From: the human T2T-CHM13v2.0 reference genome, Homo sapiens | Strand: one strand, 5' to 3' | Assembly: GCF_009914755.1 (NCBI RefSeq) | Contig: NC_060927.1 | Length of the DNA: 64,000 nt | In this document: positions 46,850 to 64,000 of the stretch, in pieces | Position numbering within the stretch: the stretch's first letter is position 1 | Layout: every line of letters begins with the position of its first letter | The notes under the pieces: model-generated | Seen by the model: only the letters and a program-made list of their open reading frames with translations | Told to the model about the DNA's origin: nothing | The model's database searches: none | Program-made: the position numbers and the translations under genes

Positions 46850-48795
46850 TCTGCCCGGCTGCCACCCCGTCTGGGAAGTGAGGAGTGTCTCTGCCTGGCC
46901 ACCCATCGTCTGGGATGTGAGGAGCCCCTCTGCCTGGCTGCCCAGTCTGGAAAGTGAGGAGCGTCTCCGCCCGGCCGCCATCCCATCTAGGAAGTGAGGA
47001 GCGCCTCTTCCCAGCCGCCATCACATCTAGGAAGTGAGGAGGGTCTCTGCCCGGCCGCCCATCGTCTGAGATGTGGGGAGCGCCTCTGCCCCGCCGCCCC
47101 ATCTGGGATGTGAGGAGTGCCTCTGCCCGGCCGAGACCCCGTCTGGGAGGTGAGGAGCGTCTCTGCCCGGCCGCCCCGTCTGAGAAGTGAGGAGACCCTC
47201 TGCCTGGCAACCACCCCGTCTGAGAAGTGAGGAGCCTCTCCGCCCGGCAGCCACCCCATCTGGGAAGTGAGGAGCGTCTCCGCCGGGCAGCCACCCCGTC
47301 CGGGAGGGAGGTGGGGGGGGGTCAGCCCCCCGCCCGGCCAGCCGCCCCATCCGGGAGGGAGGTGGGGGGTCAGCCCCCCCGCCCGGCCAGCTGTGCCATC
47401 CGGGAGGGAGGTGGGGGGGTCAGCCCCCCGCCTGGCCAGCCGTGCCGTCCGGGAGGGAGGTGGGGGGGTCAGCCCCCCGCCCGGCCAGCCGCCCTGTCCG
47501 GGAGGTGAGGGGCGCCTCTGCCCGGCTGCCCCTACTGGGAAGTGAGGAGCCCCTCAGCCCGGCCAGCCACCCCGTCCGGGAGGGAGATGGGGGGGTCAGC
47601 CCCCCCACCCGGCCAGCCGCCCCGTCCAGGAGGGAGGTAGGGGGGTCAGCCCCCCGCCTGGCCAGCTGCCCCGTCCGGGAGGGAGGTGGGGGGGTCAGCC
47701 CTCCGCCCGGCCAGCCGCCCCGTCTGGGAGGTGAGGGGCGCCTCTGCCCAGCCGCCCCTACTGGGAAGTGAGGAGCCCCTCTGCCCGGCCAGCCGCCCCG
47801 TCCGGGAGGGAGGTGGGGGGTCAGCCCCCCGCCCGGCCAGCCGCCCTGTCCGGGAGGGAGGTGGGGGGGTCAGCCCTCCGCCCGGCCAGCCGCCCCGTCT
47901 GGGAGGTGAGGGGCGCCTCTGCCCGGCCGCCCCTACTGGGAAGTGAGGAGCCCCTCTGCCCGGCCAGCCGCCCCGTCCGGGAGGGAGGTGGGGGGGTCGG
48001 CCCCCCGCCCGGCCAGCCGCCCCGTCCGGGAGGGAGGTGGGGGGGTCGGCCCCCCGCCCGGCCAGCCGCCCCGTCTGGGAGGGAGGTGGGGGGGGTCGGC
48101 CCCCCTGCCCGGCCAGCCGCCCCGTCCGGGAGGTGAGGGGCGCCTCTGCCCGGCCGCCCCTACTGGGAAGTGAGGAGCCCCTCTGCCCGGCCAGCCGCCC
48201 CGTCCGGGAGGGAGGTGGGGGGGTCAGCCCCCCGCCCGGCCAGCCGCCCCGTCCGGGAGGGAGGTGGGGGGGTCGGCCCCCCGCCCGGCCAGCCGCCCCG
48301 TCCGGGAGGGAGGTGGGGGGGTCGGCCCCCCGCCCGGCCAGCCGCCCCGTCCGGGAGGGAGGTGGGGGGGGGTCAGCCCCCCCGCCCAGCCAGCCGCCCT
48401 GTCCGGGAGGTGAGGGGCGCCTCTGCCCGGCCGCCCCTACTGGGAAGTGAGGAGCCCCTCTGCCCGGCCAGCCGCCCCGTCCGGGAGGGAGGTGGGGGGG
48501 GTCAGCCCCCCCGCCCAGCCAGCCGCCCTGTCCGGGAGGTGAGGGGCGCCTCTGCCCGGCCGCCCCTACTGGGAAGTGAGGAGCCCCTCTGCCCGGCCAG
48601 CCGCCCCGTCCGGGAGGGAGGTGGGGGGGTCAGCCCCCCGCCCGGCCAGCCGCCCCGTCTGGGAGGGAGGTGGGGGGGGGTCGGCCCCCCTGCCTGGCCA
48701 GCCGCCCCGTCCGGGAGGTGAGGGGCGCCTCTGCCCAGCCACCCCTACTGGGAAGTGAGGAGCCCCTCTGCCCGGCCACCACCCCGTCTGGGAGG
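46850..48795 (+). repeat. SVA GC-rich VNTR
   Basis: Units of about 37-40 bp (gcctctgcccggccgccccgtctgggaagtgaggagc) followed by units of about 49 bp (gccgccccgtccgggagggaggtgggggggtcagccccccgcccggcca), in seven arrays each closed by a cccctactgggaagtgaggagc unit. Confidence 0.95.
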
Positions 48796-50264
48796 TGTGC
48801 CCAACAGCTCATTGAGAACGGGCCAGGATGACAATGGCGGCTTTGTGGAATAGAAAGGCGGGAAAGGTGGGGAAAAGATTGAGAAATCGGATGGTTGCCG
48901 TGTCTGTGTAGAAAGAAGTAGATATGGGAGACTTTTCATTTTGTTCTGCACTAAGAAAAATTCCTCTGCCTTGGGATCCTGTTGATCTGTGACCTTACCC
49001 CCAACCCTGTGCTCTCTGAAACATGTGCTGTGTCCACTCAGGGTTAAATGGATTAAGGGCGGTGCAAGATGTGCTTTGTTAAACAGATGCTTGAAGGCAG
49101 CATGCTCGTTAAGAGTCATCACCAATCCCTAATCTCAAGTAATCAGGGACACAAACACTGCGGAAGGCCGCAGGGTCCTCTGCCTAGGAAAACCAGAGAC
49201 CTTTGTTCACTTGTTTATCTGCTGACCTTCCCTCCACTATTGTCCCATGACCCTGCCAAATCCCCCTCTGTGAGAAACACCCAAGAATTATCAATAAAAA
49301 AATAAATTTAAAAAAAAAAAAAAAGAATGAGTATCAATTTCCCCAAAAACTCTTCCAGAAAACAATGAAGGAGAGAAAGTTTTCCAACTCATTCTATAAT
49401 GACAGTATTAGCCTAATACCAAAACCAGAAAAAGACAGCACAAGAAAAAAAACCATATATGAATCTCCCTCTCGTATACAAACATAAACATCCTCAAGAA
49501 AACTGAATCCAGCAATGTATTAAGAATATTATAAATCAGATCAAGGAGATTTATCCCAGGAATGCAGTTACTTTAATATATGAAAATGAATTTATCCAAT
49601 AAATTTGATGAGTAAAATAAAGAATATAAATTACCATATGAGAATGCAGGAAATTCAAACATGCATACATTATTTTGAAAGCCGCTACCAAATTAAGAAT
49701 AGAAAGGAAATTCTCCAACATGATAAAGTACATCTATGGAGGCCTGCCCAGCTCACCACCACCATCAGCACCCACACCCGCCATCCAGGTGCCTAAAGAC
49801 AAGTGAGACCTGCCTACTCCAAACAGCACACAAGCATGTCATCCCAGAACCAAATAGTAACACTTCATTTGCTGCCACCAGTGTTTACATGTACAGTACA
49901 GGGCCTGAGGACAAGCCCATGCCCATGCTGTCCAGAAGCATGAGTACTGGCCAGGCCCACTCATTGCTGCCAGTGCCCAACAGCACCAATAACTTGAAAA
50001 ACAGCTGCCACCACCCACCACTATGGATGGCTACAGCCAACACCCATGCACACCACCTGGGGACCCAAGGACAGGTGCACCCTGCCCCTGCAAACAGTAT
50101 CCGCAGGCACTGTCCCAGGAAGAAAGAACAGGCCCACCCAATCTGCTGCCACCAGGACCTGCCCGCACAATACTGTGCCTAAAGACAGGGCTGCCCTGTC
50201 CACTGCCACCACCACAGCCCACACACACTGTCAAGGGGCCTAAGCACTAGCCCACCCTACTCAC

Positions 50265-50320
50265 CATTGCCAATGCCCAAGTACACTGCCAATGCCCAAG
50301 TACATTGCCAATGCCCAAGT
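50265..50320 (+). repeat. 19-bp tandem repeat, 3 copies
   Basis: ca(t/c)tgccaatgcccaagta repeated three times. Confidence 0.85.
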
Positions 50321-50972
50321 GGCCTGAGAACCCACCCATTGTTTCCTGTCACCTACCTCGGCCACAGCTGGCACCAAACATGCTGACCAGGGACCCAAGA
50401 ACTGACCTGCCTGGACCCTAACCACCACCCTAACCCATGTTACCACCAGGAATCCCAAGAACTGGCACAAATGGCTCATCCCTACCATGACTGGTGCTCA
50501 TACATGCCACCCAGGGGTCCAAAGACTATTGTACCTGTCCCCAGTAAAGCCTTGCCACAGTCTCCGTTAGAAACCACAGATTCACTTCCTGCTGACGAGT
50601 CTGAAAATTTTAAAAATAAATAAATAAATTGCAGCATAAGACAATAAGGACCTTGCAGACACCAATATCACTGATTATGACCAAAGAAATAACATGGAGA
50701 CTATACCACTGCATCCACTCAGAATACAACCCTAACAAACATCACAGATACATCTACAAGAAAAAGTCTCTACCAAATGAGGTTAATCCATAAAACTGAA
50801 AGAAACAACTGTCACACCAGATGCATGGATATCAACATAAGAACATAAGAAACATGACAAAGCAAGAAAGCATGACACCTCCAAAAAAATACAATAATTC
50901 TCCAGTAACGTAACACAGAGAAAAATATATGTATGAAATGCCTGAAAACAAACTCAAAATAATTATCTAAGG

Positions 50973-51320
50973 CAGCGATCCCCAACTTCTTGGCACCAGG
51001 CACCAGTTTCAGGGAAGACAATTTTTCCACAGACCACGGGATGGCAGGGGAGTATGGACTGTTTTAGGACGAAACTGTTCCATCTCATATCATCAGGCAT
51101 GAGATTCTCACTAGGAACATGCAACCTAGGTCGCCTGCATGCACAGTTCACAATAGGGTTCATGCTCCTGTGAGAATCTAATGCTCCCACATATCTGACA
51201 GGAGGCAGAGCTCAGGCAGTAATATTCACTCACCTGCCACCCACCCCCTGGCTCTGCGGCCTGGTTCCTAACAGGCCACGGACCAGTACCAGTCCATGGC
51301 TCCAGGGGTTGGGGATCCCA
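50973..51320 (-). mobile_element. MER1B
   Basis: Reverse MER1B; perfect 8-bp TSD atctaagg (50965-50972 and 51321-51328). Confidence 0.88.
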
Positions 51321-51618
51321 ATCTAAGGAAACTCAAAAAGTTACAAGAGAACACAGAAAAACAATACAAAAAAAAATCAGAAAAGAAATTCAGGATATAA
51401 GTGAGAAATCAACACAGAGATAGGTATCATTAAAAAGAACCAAACAAAAATCCTGCAATAGAAGAGTTCAATTAATGAAATAAAAAACACAATTAAGAAC
51501 TTCAACAATAGACTAAGCAGAAGAAAAAAATTCTGAACTTGAAGACATTTCTTTTGAAATGAACCAGTCAGACAAAAAAAAAAGAATTAATAAAGCCAAC
51601 AGGACACATGCTACATTA

Positions 51619-53651
<2,033 letters not shown>

Positions 53652-54685
53652 AATAATAGCTAAAATTTCCCAACTCTTATGAGAGACATACACATTAAGA
53701 TACAGTAAACTCAAATTTTACCAAATAGATTCAATCCAAGACACTAAACTTCTCCCAGACATTATGCTCAAACTGTCAAAAATCAAAGGCAGAGACAGAA
53801 ATCTAAAAATAGCAAGAGAAGAGCATCAAGTCACATATAAGGGAATCTCCATCAGACTAACTAAATTTCTCAACAAAAACTTTCTAGGCCAGGAGAGAAT
53901 GGGATGATATCTTCAAAGCGCTGAAATAAAGAGCTACCAGCCAAGAATGACATATTCAGCAAAACTATACTTCAGAAATGAAGAATAAATAAAGTCTTTC
54001 TCAGACAAACAAAAACAGGCAATTTATAACTGCTTGACTGATGCTGTGAAAAATGCTTAAGGGAGTCATACATCTAGAAGCAAAAAGTATCTACCATCAT
54101 GAAAACACACAAAAGTATAAAACTAACTGGAAGAGCAGACACAAATGAGAGAGAGGAATCAGTCATTATCACTATAGAAAGCCACCAAGACATAAGAGTA
54201 AACAATAAAGAGAAAGAAAGGAACAAAGGATATACAAAACAATCAGAGAGCTAACAAAATGACAAATGTCTTTACACTACCAATAACAACCTTACATGTA
54301 AATGGTTTAAATTCTCCAATTTAAAAATGTTAACAGGCTAAGTGGATTTAAAAAAACAAGACCAAACTATACTCTTCCTAGATAAAGACACACATAAACT
54401 GAAAGTGAAGGGATAAAAAATATATATATCACACAAATGAAAACAAAACATATGCATTAGTAGCTATACACACTTATGTCAGACAAAATAGACATTCAGT
54501 CAAAAAACTTACAAAGAAACAAAAAGGTCATCACATACTGATACAAGCATAAATTCAGCAAGAAAATAAAGATTCTGAATACATACAGCCAACATCAAAG
54601 CACACAGAAATATAAAGTACATATTATTAGAGTTAAAAAGAAAACAGACCTCAATACAATAATAGTTTGGAACTTCAACATCCTC

Positions 54686-55072
54686 TTATATGGTTTGGGT
54701 CTGTGTCCCCACCCAAATCTCATGTCATATTGTAATCCCCAATGTTGGAAGAGGGGCCTTATGGGAGGTGATTGGTTCGTGGGGGAGAATGTCTCCCTTG
54801 ATGTTCTCCTAATAGTGAGTGAGTTCTAACGAAATCTGGTTATTTATAAAAGTGTAGTGCCTCTCCCTTCGTTCTCTCTTTCTCCTGCTCCAGCCATGTA
54901 CAATGCACTAGCTTCCTCCTCACCTTCTGCCATGATTGTAAGTTTCCTGAGGCTTCCCCAGAAACAGAAGCCTGGACAGCCTGCAGAACCATAAGCCAAT
55001 TAAACCTCCTTTCTTTATAAATTACCCAGTCTCAGGTAGTTCTTTATAGCAATGTGAGAATGGACTAATACA
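54686..55072 (+). mobile_element. MST (MSTA/B) solo LTR
   Basis: ttatatggtttgggtctgtgtccccacccaaatctcatg...gtgagaatggactaataca. Confidence 0.88.
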
Positions 55073-55895
55073 CTCTCTTTGAACACTAAACAGATCATCC
55101 AGACAGAAAACATCAGGTTTAATCTGCACTATAGACCTAATAGACCTAACAGACATTTACAAAACATTTCATCCAATAGCTGCAGAATACACATTTTTTT
55201 CACCAGTGCAAGAAACATTCTCCAGGGCAGATCCTATGAAAGGACACAAAACAAATCTCAATAATTTTTTAAAAACTGAAATCATATAAAGTATCTCCTG
55301 AGACCACATTGGAATACAACCATAAATCAAGTAACAAGTGGAACACCGGAAACTGTACAAACCCCTGGAAATTAAACAACATGCTCCTGGACAGCCACTA
55401 GGTCTGAAGAAATTAAAAGAAAAAAATTTTTTTTACTTCCTGAAACAAATGAAAACAGAAACACAACAAACCAAAACTATGGACAATCAAAAGCAGTGTT
55501 GAGAGAGAAATGCACAGCAATAAATGCTTATATAAAAAGTGGTTATTTCAAATAAAAAGTGGTTACAATGAACCTCAATGGACTAGAAAAGCAAGAACAA
55601 ACATAACAAGAATTAGTAGGAGGAAAGAAATGGTAAAGATCAGAGTAGAAATAAACAAAATGAAGACTTAAAAAAAATCAAACATAAAGTTGGCATTGTG
55701 CAAAAATAAAACTGATATACCACTAGCTAGACCAACCAAGAAAAAAAGACCCAAGTAAGATCGAAAACAAAAAGTGAGACATAAAAATTGATACCATAGA
55801 AATACAAAGGATCATTAGACACTACTATTAATATCAACAACTGTATGCTAAAAAGTTGGAAATCCAAGAGTAAATGAATGAAGAGAACAATTCCA

Positions 55896-56200
55896 GGCCC
55901 AATGGCTCACACCTATAATACTAACACTCTGGGAAGCCAAGGAAGGAGGATTGCTTGAGACCAGGTGTTCAAGACCAACCTGGGCAACACAATGAGACCC
56001 CATCTCTACAAATTCAAAAAATTGGCCAAGCGTGGTGGCATGCACCGGTGGTCCCAGAGACTTGGAGGCTGAGGAATGAGGATCACTTAAGCCCAGGAGG
56101 TCAAGACCACAGTGAGTTATGACCATGGCACTGTACTCCAGTCCACGCAACAGAACAAGATCCTGTCTCAAAAAAAATAAATAAATACAAATCTAAAAAT
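55896..56200 (+). mobile_element. AluJ
   Basis: Degenerate Alu; TSD aacaattcca. Confidence 0.85.
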
Positions 56201-57198
56201 AGAAAACAATTCCATTCATAATAGCTTCAGAAATAAGAAAGTATTTAGGAATAAACTTAACAAAAAAAAGTCAAAGACACACTGAAAACCACAAAACACT
56301 ATTGAAAAAAATTGTAAAGGACATAAATGGAAAGACATCCCATGTTTATTAATCTGAACACAGTATTGTTAAAATGGCAATATTCCCCAATTTAGTCTAC
56401 AGATTCAATACAATCTCTGTCAAAATCCTTGCTGGTTTTTTGGTTAAAATGATAAGCTGATTCTAAAATTCAACTGAAAATGCAAGAAACCCAGAACAGC
56501 TCCAAAAAATCTTGAAAAAAAAATAGCAAAGTTGTAAGACCCACACTTCCCAATTTCAAAACTTACTACAAAGTTGCAATAGCACATAGCAGTACCAGCA
56601 TATGGACAGACATACAGATCAACAGAATAGAATTGAGAATGCAGAAATAAACCCTAACATTTACTATCAATTGATATCTCACAAAGATTCCAAGACAATA
56701 CAATGGAAAATAATGAAGACGCACCATTTGTCTTTTCAACAAATGGTGCTGGCACAAATGAATATCCAAAGGCAAAAATATTAATTAGGGTACCTATTTC
56801 ATTCCATACCCAAAAATTAACTTAAAATGGAACAAAGACCTAAATCTAAGAGCTAAAACTATAAAACTCTTAGAAGAAAACACAGTAGTAATGGATCATG
56901 ACCTTGGATTAGGCAGTGGTTTCTTAGATATGACACCAAAAGCACAGAGACTAAAGAAAAACAGATAAATGGGACTTCATCAAAATTTAAAAACTTTTAT
57001 GTTTCAAAGGACACCATCAAGAGAGTGAGAAACTTGCCAAAAGAATGAGATAAAATATATGAAAATCATATACCTGATAAGGGACTTGTACCAAGAAAAT
57101 ATTTTTTAACTCTTACAACAAAAAGATAATCCAATTTTAAAATGAGCAAAGGATCTGAGTAGACAATTCTCAAAATGACATACAAACGACGAATTAGC

Positions 57199-62616
<5,418 letters not shown>

Positions 62617-62633
62617 ACAAATGACCAATTAGC

Positions 62634-63760
<1,127 letters not shown>

Positions 63761-64000
63761 CACTAAAAAGTATTACAATCTTTAAAGTAAGATCAAACAC
63801 AGGAGATAGAGTCAGCAGTTCCAAAGTAATACAAACATATGGAAACTTTCCCCCTCCCCAGGTGTATTTTTGTTGTTTGATTTCCCTCAGCACAGCAGCG
63901 ATTTATAAAATGTTTCAGATAGCCCAGGAGAATTCAATGTTATTAAAACAAAAATTTAAGTCTGTTAATACTGAACTAGGTTTCCTAGAGATGCATTAAC

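Larger units (their letters stand above)
46722..49318 (+). mobile_element. SVA_F1 retrotransposon (MAST2 exon 1 fused to SVA), 5'-truncated
   Basis: Perfect 17-bp TSD aaaaaagaatgagtatc (46705-46721 and 49319-49335). Order: MAST2-derived GC-rich 5' segment, truncated Alu-like piece, about 1.95-kb VNTR, SINE-R (about 48796-49290), AATAAA and poly(A). No CCCTCT hexamer head. Confidence 0.93.
46640..49730 (+). mobile_element. Ancient L1M ORF2 fragment (target of the SVA insertion)
   Basis: ccagatggcttcactgatgaattc...aaagaatgagtatc continues as aatttccccaaaaactcttccagaaaac after the SVA. Confidence 0.65.

Noticed and set aside
46850-48795. Repeat array resembling CRISPR, and many overlapping Pro/Gly/Arg-rich ORFs
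   Set aside because: This is the SVA VNTR: there are no unique spacers or cas genes, and the ORFs stay open only because the repeat is GC-rich.
49736-50488. His/Pro/Thr-rich ORFs next to the SVA, considered as a 3' transduction
   Set aside because: They lie outside the SVA TSD and look like an old L1M 5'UTR.

Overview
Human genomic DNA, almost entirely intronic and dominated by transposable elements. It lies inside SENP7 (SUMO-specific protease 7, minus strand). Two coding exons are present: 25496-25693 (198 nt) and 6746-6940 (195 nt). They are paralogous, symmetric phase-2 exons, each starting with an HP1-binding PxVxL-type motif (LKVML and PRVIL). Between them sits a nearly full-length processed copy of FAM136A mRNA on the + strand. 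The large upstream intron holds nested L1s of many ages, two of them with twin-priming 5' inversions. It also holds a human-specific SVA_F1 element carrying a captured MAST2 exon-1 fragment. Other elements are a Tigger1 with an inverted right end, MER1B, MaLR LTRs, MIR, L2 and about 20 Alus. There are no RNA genes or CRISPR arrays. Every element belongs to a known class, so I cannot support a wholly new system. The most testable ideas are a stop-free circular ORF from the duplicated exons, the SVA_F1 insertion and the FAM136A retrocopy ORF. Repeat subfamily calls were made by eye, and their boundaries are approximate unless a TSD is given.
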